A stretch of 63,840 bases of DNA, the filler included, from Chiloscyllium plagiosum (taxonomy: Eukaryota): the NCBI RefSeq assembly GCF_004010195.1. It is 4 parts of one record of this genome, joined end to end, with 100 filler letters (N's around TTAATTAATTAA, not from the genome) between each part and the next. Parts side by side here need not be neighbours in the genome. Positions count along the whole stretch, not along the records: positions 40,182 to 58,111 come from NC_057715.1; positions 58,212 to 63,840 come from NC_057715.1; 2 more parts are not named here. One strand, written 5' to 3'. Both the position numbers and the translations under genes were made by a program. Numbering within the stretch: the stretch's first letter is position 1; the number at the start of each line of letters is the position of its first letter. Below the pieces are notes generated by a model, which did not search any database, was not told the DNA's origin, and saw only the letters and a program-made list of their open reading frames with translations. Positions 52,451 to 63,840 of the stretch are shown here, one piece after another.

Positions 52451-52916
52451 TCTGTTTGCCGAGCTGGAAGTTTTTGTTGCAAACGTTTCGTCCCCTGGCT
52501 AGGCGACATCATCAGTGCTTGGGAGCCTCCTGCGAAGCGCTTCTTTGATGTTTCCTCCGGTGTTTATAGTGGTCTGTCCCTGCCACTTCCGGTTGTCAGT
52601 TTCAGCTGTCCGCTGTAGTGGTTGGTCCAGGTCGATGTGTTTGTTGATGGAGTTTGTGGATGAATGCCATGCCTCTAGGAATTCCCTGGCTGTTCTCTGT
52701 CTGGCTTGCCCTATGATAGTAGTGTTGTCCCAGGCGAATTCATGTTGCTTGTTGTCTGCGTGTGTGGCTACTAAGGATAGCTGGTCGTGTCGTTTCGTGG
52801 CTAGTTGATGTTCATGTATGCGGATTGTTAGCTGTCTTCCTGTTTGTCCTATATAGTGTTTAGTGCAGTCCTTGCATGGGATTTTGTACACTACATTGGT
52901 TTTGTACACTACATTG
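52451..52916 (-). mobile_element. Penelope/Poseidon-type PLE (GIY-YIG and 3' region)
   Basis: TNVVYKIPCKDCTKHYIGQTGRQLTIRIHEH..AREFLEAWHS. Confidence 0.92.
52479..52518 (-). ncRNA. Minimal hammerhead ribozyme motif
   Basis: gca-CUGAUGA-U-gucgccu(agcc)aggggac-GAAAC-GUU-ugc. Confidence 0.78.
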
Positions 52917-53917
52917 AAAATGAACATATTCAAGAACAACAACAATAGATTTCTGAACTCAGCTAAACCAACGAACATGGAATGGAGTATGAAACTGGAA
53001 TTTAGTAGATGATAATTAACAATCCTAATTACCTTGATGGATAGCTAGTCCTATTTCATATGGTTTCTTTTAAAAAGTGAAAGACTTGAATTTCTATGGC
53101 TCCTTCGAGAACAAAGGGATGTTCAAAGTGTTTTACAATCAATCAAATATTTTAAAAGTCATTTAGTGGTACAGAAATTGAATAGTGCTTGAAAGAGCAA
53201 CATGTTGTAATTCTTTTGCCTTGTATTCAGACAAGTACAATATCAAATTTCAAACAATCTAAAACAAGATTGACTGCAAGGGTAAAGGTGCTGATTGGCT
53301 GCTAAATTGGACTCTGATTGGCTGACCAGGGGTGCCATGGCTACAATAGTGGGGAACTAGTCTCCCAAGCTCCTTGTTAAATAAAAAAGCAGAAGGCTTG
53401 GTACATCTCCACCCCAAAGAACTGCAGTGGTTCAAGAGAACAGTTCAGCACCACCTTCTCTAAGGCAATTGCAGATGGACAAGAATTGCTGGTCTAGACT
53501 CTCATATTCTGTGAATGAAGTTTAAAAAAAATTACCATCCATTGATAGCCAATGATGAAGAATTCTGAATAGGGCAGACTCAACAGTGATAAATGCTGAA
53601 AACAGTTCCTTACACAGGGATTACATTTTTAAATTTACATATTTGATGGGTTGAGCACCTGATTTAGATATTCTCCTGAGATATCTGAAACAAAGATATT
53701 CCACAGTGGGACTAACACTCGCACAGATCATCCCACGGTTCGGTTTAAATGGCTGAGCAGCTATCTCATGCTTCAGAAATAATGGTGTCACTATGTGCAG
53801 CTGAATTCTACACCAAACCGAGCAACCAACAAGCAAACANNNNNNNNNNNNNNNNNNNNNNNNNNNNNNNNNNNNNNNNNNNNNNNNNNNNNNNNNNNNN
53901 NNNNNNNNNNNNNNNNN

Positions 53918-54224
53918 CGGTGTTTGTAGTGGTCTGTCCCTGCCGCTTCCGTTTGTCAGTTTCAGCTGTCCGCTGTAGTGGTTGGTGTATTGGGTATATA
54001 CCAACCACTACAGCGGACAGCTGAAACTGACAACCGGAAGCGGCAGGGACAGACCACTATAAACACCGGAGGAAACATCAAAGAAGCGCTTCGCAGGAGG
54101 CACCCAAGCACTGATGATGTCGCCTAGCCAGGGGACGAAACGTTTGCAACAAAAACTTCCAGCTCGGCGAACAGAACCACAACAACGAGCACCTGAGCTA
54201 CAAATCTTCGTACAAACTTTGAAA
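53918..54224 (+). mobile_element. PLE 3' end preceded by its own inverted copy
   Basis: 53918-53990 is the reverse complement of 53996-54068. Ends gagctacaaatcttcgtacaaactttgaa. Confidence 0.9.
54108..54147 (+). ncRNA. Minimal hammerhead ribozyme motif
   Basis: Identical core to the 52479-52518 copy, in the opposite orientation. Confidence 0.78.
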
Positions 54225-55040
54225 ATCTTTTGAGCAACTGAGCTGCAAATACAGGTTACCCAGCAGAGATCTTTCCCTTTCTTTTCAGTTTAGGGATTTC
54301 ATCCAGCAGAAGAATTCTACGCTTCTCACTAAGCCCTATAAGCCCAATACAGAAAGGTTGTTGCTACATTCCACAAACACCCTTTCGGTTAGTGCCCTCT
54401 ATCGCCTGCTGCATGGCAGGGCCTGGCAGGATATTAACCAGTTATGTGAGGTCTGGGAGCAAGAGCTAGGAGTGGAGATCTCTTCTGAAACATGGGAGAA
54501 CATATGGGAGAATGGTCGAAAGATCTCAATTTGTAATAGGGCATGTGCTACTCAGTTAAAAGTCCTGCACAGGGTTCTCCAGTCACCGGACTGTCTGGTG
54601 AAGTTTAAAAAAGGGACATCTCCAATGTGCCCCAAATGTAAAATAAGTGTAGGTACTCTTACCCATTGCCTCTGGACATGCCACAGGCTCCATGTTTATT
54701 GGAGCGCTGTGGCGGGAGAGATAGGGAGGGTATTGAGGACTGAAGTCAAAGTAGACCCAATATCTCTCCTTGTAGCTCTACCGAATTTACCATCTTTAGA
54801 CGGGCATAGAATATTAAACTATTTAATATTCTTGCATACTGTGCATGGAAGAATATTCTGATGAATTGGGTGTCTGAGAACCAGCCTGGCTTGCTGGGAT
54901 GGCAGAAATTAATTATGGAGCACATTCCTTTGGATGTTTTTACAAACATGGTGCACAACACAACAGACCATTTGTATAAAACATGGCAGCCCTACTTGAG
55001 TTACTTGGATATAGATTTGTTGGCTTGCTTTTCTTTCCTT
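54225..55040 (+). mobile_element. L1-clade ORF2 C-terminal fragment, right part
   Basis: SFEQLSCKYRL..WEQELG..TQLKVLHR..CPKCKISVGTLTHCLWTC..KTWQPYLSYL. Confidence 0.88.
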
Positions 55041-55094
55041 TTTTGATCTGTTAGTTATTTACATATTTATTAGTGTTGCTTTGCACAATGTTTA

Positions 55095-56400
55095 CAAAAA
55101 AAACATGATCATGGCTGATCTTACTCTGATCGCAACTCCACTTTTCTGCCTACTCCCCATAGCTCTTTATCCCACTTTTCATCAAAAACATACTTATTTT
55201 GTTCTTGGAAATTGTTGCTTGATTCTGTATCCACTGCACTCTGTGGCAGTGAGTTCCACGGATTCATAACCCTCTGAGGCAAATAGTTTCCCCTTATCTC
55301 AGTTGAGAACCTACCTCCTCTCATTCTATGTCTCTGCCCTCTTGTTCAAGACTCTTTCATCAAGGGGAACATCTGTTCAACATCCACCTTTAGGATTTTA
55401 TATACTTCTTTGGTTGCTTTGATTCCCACTCCCTGCCTTATTAGTTTAAATCCACCCAAGTTGCACTAGCAAACCTCCCCAGTTAAGATGTAATCTGTCT
55501 TTTTTGCACAGGTCATACCTGCCTTGAAAGAGATCCCAATCATCCAAAAATCTAAAACCCTCTCCACTGCACCAGGTCTTTGGCCACATGTTAAGCTGTA
55601 CTATCTTCCTATTCCTTGGCTTACTACAAGGAGAAAGTGAGGACTGCAGATGCTGGAGATCAGAGCTGAAAATGTGTTGCTGGAAAAGCGCAGCAGGTCA
55701 GGCAGCATCCAAGGAGCAGGAGAATCGACGTTTCGGGCATGAGCCCTTCTTCTGCCTTACTACTACATGGCACAGAGAGTAATCCTGAGATTACAACACT
55801 GGAGCTTCCTGCTTTTCAATTTATGGCCTAGTTCCCTGAGCTCTTCTTGCAGGACCTTGTCACTCTTCTAGCCTATGTCATTGTTACCAACATGCACTAC
55901 AACCTCTGGCTGTTTGCCCCTCCCCTTCAGTGTGTCGTGAGCATAATTGAAGACATCCTTGAACCTGACACCAGGCAGGCAGCTCACCATCCAGGAGTCT
56001 CATTTGCAGCCATTGAAACATCTTTCTGTTCCTCTAACTATTGGGTCCCCGACTACCACTGCTTGCCTGCAGTTCGACCCATCCTGCTGTACAGCAGAGC
56101 CAGTTATAGTGCCACTGTTCTGGCTATAGTTGTCGTCATACCTGATAGGCTGTTCCCCCAAACAGTATCTAAAATAGTACACCTGCTCGAGAGAGGGACA
56201 GTCATAGAGGGTTCCTGCACTGACTGCCTGCTTCCTGTGACCGTCACCATCCATCTACCCCAGCTTTGGGTGTGGCCACTTCCCTGAAACTGATGTCTCT
56301 GGCACTTTCGGCCTCCTGCATGCTCCCAAGTGTGTCCATTTGCTGTTCCAGTCAATCTAAGTGATATCTGTTAAGAGCTGAAGCTTTACACACCTCCTGC
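55095..56400 (-). mobile_element. CR1 3' tail (55095-55410) and CR1 ORF1 esterase region (55420-56400)
   Basis: NYLPQRVMNPWNSLPQ and AVVVGDPIVRGTERCFNG. Confidence 0.78.
55628..55752 (-). mobile_element. Short Neptune-PLE 3' fragment, truncated within the hammerhead core
   Basis: gaagaagggctcatgcccgaaacgtcgattc... Flanked by cttactac at 55620-55627 and 55756-55763. Confidence 0.82.
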
Positions 56401-57512
56401 AAATGAAGCCATCTAGGACAGTTAACCTTTCCCAGGGTTGCTGCATGTCACAGCTAGACCACATGATATCTACCTTGCTGATAATAGTGGTTCTTCTGGG
56501 ATAATGTCTGTGAGGTTCGATTCGGGTATGTCAGGCTGCTACTTATGTGACAGGTTTGTGAGACAACTTTCCCAAGTTTGACACAGCCCTCAAATTTTAG
56601 CAGGGTCAATAGGGCAAGATATATCATTGTTATTTTCTGATGCCTTGGTGGCTGCCAAATATTTTATGTATTGCGATTTTTCTGTAGCAGCTTGATGCAG
56701 CTGAATTTGGTTCCTGAATGTCCTGCCAGTTGAACAGCTTGTCCTTATTTATTCCACTCATATTTCTTCTGATTTTGATTTAATTGTATGAGCCCTTTTA
56801 TACTGCTGCTTCCTTTCCATGGGGGCATTGATGAAAATGTTTATCTGAGAAACAGTGCATTTCTGCATTCCAGCATGTGCAAATAGGTCAAAGACTCATT
56901 TCACAAGGTGTCAAATTAAAATGTTTCCTAGTTTTTTGAGATGTTTTAAGGAGCATACAAGAGCCTTATTATAATTTTAGTTTTAATCTACTGTCTGTTA
57001 ATTAGTCCAACACAGACACAGTAGTCTTCAGTTGATTGTTTCAGCTTTGCTACAACATTTGATACAGGTTCTGTTAGAATTTCCAGCTCTAATTTTGGAA
57101 ATTTGATAGTCAACAGTTTAATTGCATATTGTATTAATGGTTGAGTCTCATTTCTTTCCTTGAGTGATATCTGTATTATTGTGGGTGTGTAATATGTTGC
57201 AGGGTGTGTTGCTGCACTCTGGAATATGTTATCCCCTCAGTACTATTGCAGCCAGTAATCACTTTGTCAACTGCAATCACAGTTTTCAGTAAGGCAATTC
57301 CAGTTGTCAGGCCAATTGCAGGATGATGATGTCGAGTGGAAGTTGTTTCAATTAATTTAATAAGAATTTATCAGTTTTTGCCAAGACGTTGCATGAGGCT
57401 GATAAAATAAGTCAACCAAATTGACTGATGACAAATAGAAGCATGGTTACACAAGTAGTCAGTACAAAACAAATCAACATGATGTAATTTCACTGTTATT
57501 TCTTTCTTACTT

Positions 57513-58110
57513 AGAGTCATAGAGATGTACAGCATGGAAACAGACCCTTCGGTCCAGCCTGTCCATGCCGACCAGATATCCCAACCCAATCTAGACCCAT
57601 CTGCGAGCACCTGGTCCATACTCCCTCCAAACCCTTCCTATTCATATACCCATCCAAAAGCCTCTTAAATGTTGCAATTGTACCAGCCTCCACCACATCC
57701 TCTGGCAGCTCATTCCATACATGTACCACCCTCTGAGTGAAAAAGTTGCCCCTTAGGTCTCTTTTATATCTTTCCCTTCTCACCCCAAACCTATGCCCTC
57801 TAGTTCTGGACTCCCCGACCCCAGGGAAAAGACTTTGTCTATTTATCCTATCCATGCCCCTCATAATTTTGTAAACTTCTAGAAAGTCACCCCTCAGCCT
57901 CCAAAACTCCAGGGAAAACAGCCCCAGCCTGTTCAGTCTCTCCCTGTAGCTCTGATCCTCCAACCCTGGCAACATCCTTGTAAATCTTTTCTGAACACTT
58001 TCAAGTTTCACAACATCTGTCCGATAGGAAGGAGACCAGAATTGCACGCAATATTCCAACAGTGGCCTAACCAATGTCCTGTACAGCCGCAACATGACCT
58101 CCCAACTCCA
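57513..58110 (-). mobile_element. Young CR1 (HER1-like) 3' end
   Basis: LYRTLVRPLLEYCVQFWSP..FFTQRVVHVWNELPE. Confidence 0.92.
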
Positions 58111-58211
58111 GNNNNNNNNNNNNNNNNNNNNNNNNNNNNNNNNNNNNNNNNNNNNTTAATTAATTAANNNNNNNNNNNNNNNNNNNNNNNNNNNNNNNNN
58201 NNNNNNNNNNN

Positions 58212-59760
58212 ATTTCCACTGATGGGTGAGTGCTGAACCAGAGTACACAGCTTAAAAATACGGGGTAGACCATTTAGGACAGAGCTCAGGAGAAGCTTCT
58301 TCACCCAGAGAGTGGTGGCTGTGTGGAATGCTCTGCCCCAGAGGGCAGTGGAGGCCCACTCTCTGGATTCATTTAAGAAAGAGTTGGATAGAGCTCTCAA
58401 AGATAGTGGAATCAAGGGTTATGGAAATAAGGCAGGAACAGGATACTGATTAGGAATGATCAGCCATGATTATATTGAATGGCGGTGCAGGCTCAAAGGG
58501 CTGAATGGCCTACTCCTGCACCTATTATCTATTGTCTATTGTCTATCACAGTATAACTTATCCACTCAATGATAAGGTCCTGGGGAGTGTCGCAGAATAA
58601 AGAGATCTTTAAGTGCAGGTTCATAGTTCTGTGAAAGTGGAGTTGCAGGAAGATAGGATAGTGAAGGAGGTGTTTGGTATGCTTGTCTTTATTGGTCAGT
58701 GCAATGAATATAGGAGTTGGGAGGTCATGTTGCAGCTGTACAGGACATTGGTTAGGCTACTATTGGAATACTGCATGCAATTCTGGTCTCCCTGCTATAG
58801 GAAGGATGTTGTGAAACCTAAAAGGGTTCAGAAAAGATTTACAACGATGTTGCCAGGTTTGGAGGGTTTGAGCTATAGGGAGATGGTGAATAGATTGGGG
58901 CTATTTTCCCTGGAGCATCAAAGGTTGAGGGGTGACCTTACAGAGGTTTATAAAATCATGAGGCATGGATAGGATAAATAGACAAGGTTCTTTTTCCCCG
59001 AGGTGGGGGAATCCAAAACAAGAGAGCATAGGTTTAAGATGAGAGGGGATAGATTTAGAAGGGACCTAAGGAGCAACCTTTTCATGCAAAGAATGGTGCC
59101 TATATGGAATGAGCTGCCAAAAGAAGTGTCAGAGGCTGTTACAATTACATCATTTAAAACACATCTGGATAGGTAGATGAATAGGAAAGATTCAGAGGGA
59201 CATAGGTCAAATGCTGGCAAGTGTGATTAGATTAATTTAGGATAAGTGATCGGCGTGGATGAGTTGGACCGAAGGGTCTGTCACTCTTTCGCTCTAGTGT
59301 AATAAAAATGAATCTGGGCCCAGGAAAATAGGATTAAAAAATTGACATAAAATTGTAATGGAAAATGAGTTGCATTTAAAAAATATATATTTCAGATCTA
59401 ATCAAGGTATATTCTCAGAAGAAGGAAAGGTAAAACAAACAAAACTAGATATGCCTGCATAACAAAATCGCTTGTGAGTAAGATAAAGCAGAAAAAGGGT
59501 GTGTATGCAAATATCAGATTGATAACAAAAGTGAGAAGCTGGCTGAATACAGAAAGGTCAGTGAAAAAGGAAAAGGAAGTAACAAAAGCGATGAGCAGAG
59601 AATAGAAAATATGAGGAAGGACTGGCAATTAGCATAAAAGTGAACCCAAAAGTCTTTTCAGTCGTATAAGTGGACAAAGGCTGGTAAAAGAATGAATGAG
59701 ATCAATTAGAGACCAAAAAGGTGACTTGAGTATGAAGACAGAGGGTTTGATTGAGGTACA
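58212..59760 (+). mobile_element. Successive CR1 pieces: family-A 3' end (58212-58545), HER1-like 3' part (58550-59285), decayed ORF2 relic (59300-59760)
   Basis: The first piece is near-identical to 660-982. The second reads EYCMQFWSPCYRKD. Confidence 0.85.
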
Positions 59761-59797
59761 ATGTGAGGTGCTTGCTTTTTAAACTTATTCATAAGTC

Positions 59798-60048
59798 ACC
59801 TCAGGAGACTGACTGTGTGGAGTTTGCACATTCTCCCCATGTCTGCGTGGGTTTCCTCCGGGTGCTCCGGTTTCCTCCCACAGTCCAAAGATGTGCAGGT
59901 CAAGTGAATTGGCCATGCTAAATTGCCCATAGTGTTAAGTGAAGGGGTAAATGTGGGGGCATGGGTGGGTTGCGTTTCAGCGGGTCGGTGTGGACTTGTT
60001 GGGCTGAAGGGCCTGTTTCCACACTGTAAGTAATCTAATCTAATCTAA
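59798..60048 (+). mobile_element. HE1-type V-SINE, 5'-truncated, (TAATC)n tail
   Basis: V-core tgtggagtttgcacattctcccc..gggtttcctccgggtgctccggtttcctcccacagtccaaaga. Confidence 0.9.
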
Positions 60049-60069
60049 TAAAGGCATAATTTGATAAGT

Positions 60070-60570
60070 TAGCACTTGCAATGCAAATCTTATCGCCTTA
60101 ATAAATTGGTGGTGAACTGCCTTCCTAAACTGCTGCAGGCTATGAGGTGTAGGTCCACCCATTGTAATGTTAAGGAGGGAATTCGGTAATATGATCAACT
60201 GACACTGAAGGAATGACAATTTAGTTCCAAATCAAGATGGTTAATCGCTAACAGGTTTCGTTGTTCCCATACATCTGGTTACTTTGTCTGTCTTGTGTAT
60301 GAGGTTGCAGGTTTGAAACATACTTTTGGAGGACCCTTTGTGAGTTGTTAACAGTGCTGCTGCCCTGCGTGTTGCTGTTAGAGGGAATGAATATTGAAGC
60401 TGTACGATGCCATTAAATCGGGTAGCATTGTGCTGGATAGTGTGGAGCCGCTTGAGAGTTGTTGCAGTTTGTACTCATCTGAGTAAGTGCAAAATGTTCC
60501 ATCGCAACCCTAATTTGCACATTCCAGGCTAGAATGAGTCAGGAGACATTACTCATTGCATTGCAGAATC
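60070..60570 (-). mobile_element. Decayed CR1/L2-group 3' end
   Basis: Weak match to 21150-21680. Confidence 0.6.
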
Positions 60571-62101
60571 TAGTGGGTATCTGAGCGATATGGGCAATGG
60601 CAAGATTTGTGGCACAATCAAGCGAGATATTCAGTGAGGCTTATCTCAATGTGAGAAGTGACCTATAGTCTCTTTTATGCATTTGCTGAGTATCTGAATT
60701 TGTTCCTTGCTTGACAGCAGCAAGTTGGCAACTATAGGATGTAATAGCTTGTTAAACCACTTATAAACACCTCAACATGGTGTCATTAGTATTCCTATTT
60801 GATCAAATGTGTGAAACAAGCTAGACGTCTCAAAACTATAATTAAATTGACTTCCTGGCAACCTAGAAACTTCAACTTACAGCTAATTGTGAGGATCCTC
60901 TATGGCTCTATAACTATGATCAGTATCTCAGGGCATGGTCCATGGCTACCAGCCACATCCACTCTTCATCTACAGACATTGGCATCTGTCATTTTCCAAC
61001 ATCCCAATCATCATGGGACCTCTCTGATACACACGCAGGCCACTTAGGAAGCACAGACTTGCATTGCCTGGTAGACTACCAATAAGCATTGAAAGGCTAA
61101 TACCTTACATGCAGATACAGACACCCAGCTCATAAGTTAAATCAGACTGCATCTTGACATTGCTAATTTGCTATTTTAGCACTCACTCAATTAGCACTTG
61201 CCTCGCAGGACCTACGCCTTGCCTTGACATTGGCACATCAGCCTGATTCAAAAGTTATCAGTCCTACCATGCAACTTTGTGGGGGCACACAGACGGAAGA
61301 TTTGTCTCATTAAGGATCCCTCCAGGTGAGGCAACACCTTATTGTATGATACACCAAGACATCAATCTAACACCTACAGCTCATGTATTCAATCACATGA
61401 CCATGTCATTAAGTGGATGGAGTCTAGTCCTCAGTCTAGTCCAGTCAAGAAGGTCAGCTGTGTTGCTCAATGGATCCTGGTAGATAGTCAGTTCCTCCAC
61501 ATTCTGCACACAGTTCAGGGGCTTAGCTGCAGTCTGTCATTCAGTTAAGATGCTAACAAATAACAAGGAGGTTTAAGAACAGCTTCTCCCTTGAAGTTAT
61601 TAGACATTGAATGGACCTCTCAAATGTTAATTCTGATCCCTTTCTCTGCACCTTCTGTATGGCTCTAACACTGTTCTGCTACCATGATACACTTTATATG
61701 GTACGATCTACATGAATAGTTTGCAAAATAACACTTTTCACTGTATCTCGATACATCCGACAACAATCAATAAAACACAAATTCACTCAAACTCAAATCT
61801 GTCTGGTTGTCTTCCAGGGTGTAGACAATGATCACTCCTTTAGTGGCAGCAGCAGCAGTCACCAGAATAACATATCACACGTAGGCAGTAGCAAACACAC
61901 CAGTCAGAAATCTGTGTAGGAACTGGCTGTCACAGTTGGTCAGAAGCTGGAGTGAATATAGCTTTAGTAGACCAATCATTAGTTATTAAGGGGGATGCAA
62001 GGGAGACTTATGGAATAGCAGGAGATCACTGCCAAAGGGTTGGGTGAGTTAGGCTATGGGGAGGTGGCAACAAAGGGAAAGGAGAGGGCTTTGCAGAGGT
62101 A

Positions 62102-62471
62102 GAAACAAGGATGGTGATGGCGTAAACTCACTGTGAATGAAACAAGGATGGTGATGGGGTAAACTCACTGTGAATGAAACAAGGATGGTGACAGGGTAAA
62201 CTCAGTGTGTTTGAAATAAGGATGGTGACAGGGTCAATTCACTGTGTATGAAACAAGGATAGTGACAGGGTCAACTCACTGTGTATGAAATAAGGCTGGT
62301 GACAGGGTCAATTCACTGTGTATGAACCAAGGATGGTGACAGGGTAAACTCACTGTGTATGAAACAAGGATGGTGACAGGCTAAACTCACTGTGTATAAA
62401 ACAAGGATGGTGACAGGGTAAATTCAGTGTGTTTGAACCAAGGATGGTTACAGGGTAAACTTAGTGTGTGT
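62102..62471 (+). repeat. Minisatellite, 37-bp unit x10
   Basis: Consensus GAAACAAGGATGGTGACAGGGTAAACTCACTGTGTAT. Units start at 62102, 62139 ... 62435 with no indels. Confidence 0.95.
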
Positions 62472-62930
62472 GAAGAGCAATGCAGATCTGCATTAGAGGG
62501 ATTGGTAGTCTACAGTGGGAGAGGATAGAGTTATGAGCAGTGACTACCACTGTAGCTTCCACTGTGGGAGCATAGAAGAGCAAGTTGGGCATCTTTACAG
62601 TATAATGTGGTTCCTGGGGCATGAAGGACAGTTAGTGGTATAGTTCAATGTGACAGAACCCCATGGGGTAGGGTGCTTGGACCGAGTGGAAGTGATAAAA
62701 AGAGACATTGGAGTGTCTGTGTGTTGGGTACCTGAAGACGAGGCACAGCAAGGTGCTGATGATGTCCACCTTGAGCTGCATTCCTGATGATTATTGCCAT
62801 TCTCCAAAGGCTAACTGCAATGGAAAATTACTTGGACAATGCCCAGGGTGTGCAGAGTCAGGGATAGTCTTGGGAGGAAAAGACCTGGATGTGAGGCAAT
62901 GATGCCATAGTATTGTCCAGGACTATGATT

Positions 62931-63005
62931 GACTCTCCTGCTCCTCAGATGCTGCCTGACCTGCTGTGCTTTTTCAGTGCTACACTTTTCAACTATGATC
63001 TTGAA
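62931..63005 (+). mobile_element. Neptune-PLE 3' tail fragment
   Basis: gactctcctgctcctcagatgctgcctgacctgctgtgctttttcag. Confidence 0.72.
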
Positions 63006-63064
63006 ATCTGGGTAAAATTCTAGGGACAGCATTTAAATCCTACTGTGGCACTCTTGGTATAGGC

Positions 63065-63378
63065 AATGCTGTAATGTGAAAAACAAAGCAATTAATTTGC
63101 GCACGGCAACTTCAAACAAAGAGTATTAATCTGTTTCAATGTCTTAATGGGAAAATAGTCATTAATATGGACGTGGGGGAAAGGGGGAGTCCCTTTCAAA
63201 TTTACATAATGGGATCATTTATATTCACCTGAGAGGGCTTCAACTGAATGGGTAGAATCATATAAATATTTTCTAATTGCCCTGTTCAGATATGTTGTTA
63301 TATATCTCTGGAGCATGTGGGACCTAAACCCATGCCTACTGCTCAGAAGCAGGGACACTACAACTGCACCACAAGCAT
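63065..63378 (-). mobile_element. Ancient Deu-type SINE relics, including a tRNA-like head (63280-63378)
   Basis: Minus strand reads cttgtggtgcagttgtagtgtccctg..ggtttaggtcccacatgctccagag. A related fragment lies at 13490-13533. Confidence 0.5.
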
Positions 63379-63394
63379 CCTAGTGTCCTAAACC

Positions 63395-63575
63395 CAACAA
63401 TTTTCCAAGGGTTCATCAATGACCTTCCCTCCATCATAATTTCAGAAGTGGGGATACTCACTAATGATTTCAAGATTTGTGGCAGTAATGTTCAGTACCA
63501 TTTGCAACTCCTCATGTACTAAAGCAGTCCATGTTTAAATGCAACAAGACCTGGACAATATCCAGGCTCAGACTA
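63395..63575 (+). mobile_element. CR1/L2-group RT fragment
   Basis: FINDLPSIIISEVG and MQQDLDNIQA. Confidence 0.7.
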
Positions 63576-63579
63576 AAAA

Positions 63580-63840
63580 GTTGAAAATGTGTTGCTGGAA
63601 AAGCACAGCAGGTCAGGCAGCATCCAAGGAGCAGGGGAATCGACATTTCGGGCATGAGCCCTTCTTCAGGAATGAGGAAAGTGTGCCAAGTGGGCTAAGA
63701 TAAAAGGTAGGGAGGAGCGACTTGGGGGAGGGGCGTTGGAAATGCGATAGGTGGAAGGAGGTTAAGGTGAGGGTGATAGGCCGGAGTGGGGGTGGGGGCG
63801 GAGAGGTCAGGAAGAAGATTGCAGGTTAGGAAGGTGGTGC
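63580..63840 (-). mobile_element. Neptune-type PLE 3' end with hammerhead (63642-63669); runs off window end
   Basis: ttc-CUGAAGA-A-gggc(ucau)gccc-GAAAU-GUC-gauu. Confidence 0.85.

Noticed and set aside
53536..53595. 60-bp minus-strand exon-like segment
   Set aside because: Weak donor, no recognisable homology, and it lies inside the composite insertion.
62102..62471. Possible CRISPR array or RAG recombination-signal array
   Set aside because: There are no unique spacers and the context is eukaryotic. CACAGTG heptamers on the minus strand lack an ACAAAAACC-like nonamer at 12 or 23 bp.

Overview
This is eukaryotic DNA dominated by transposable elements, almost certainly from a cartilaginous fish (shark). 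The basis is HE1-type V-SINEs, HER1-like and other CR1 LINEs, and Deu-type SINE relics. The only host gene I can support is SKA3 on the minus strand, with two spliced C-terminal exons at 20545-20760 and 18573-18700. I found no upstream SKA3 exons, so the right-hand 43 kb is either a very large intron or the scaffold is not contiguous across its three artificial joins. Nearly all ORFs in the supplied track are fragments of decayed retroelements: several CR1 families, two L1-clade elements (one near full length with TSD, poly(A) and a 5' YY1 motif), and two Penelope-like element (PLE) families. The most interesting non-coding signal is about a dozen minimal hammerhead-ribozyme motifs (CUGANGA-stem II-GAAAY-GUH) carried by the PLE 3' ends, several with intact cores. 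Other notable structures are a TSD-flanked composite PLE insertion apparently carrying ~0.9 kb of captured genomic DNA, a palindromic element built from PLE/hammerhead ends, a 29-bp microinversion, a 54-bp cis-templated inverted insertion and a 37-bp x10 minisatellite. PLE-borne hammerheads are a known class. I see no firm evidence for a wholly new system. Family names come from motif recognition, not database searches.
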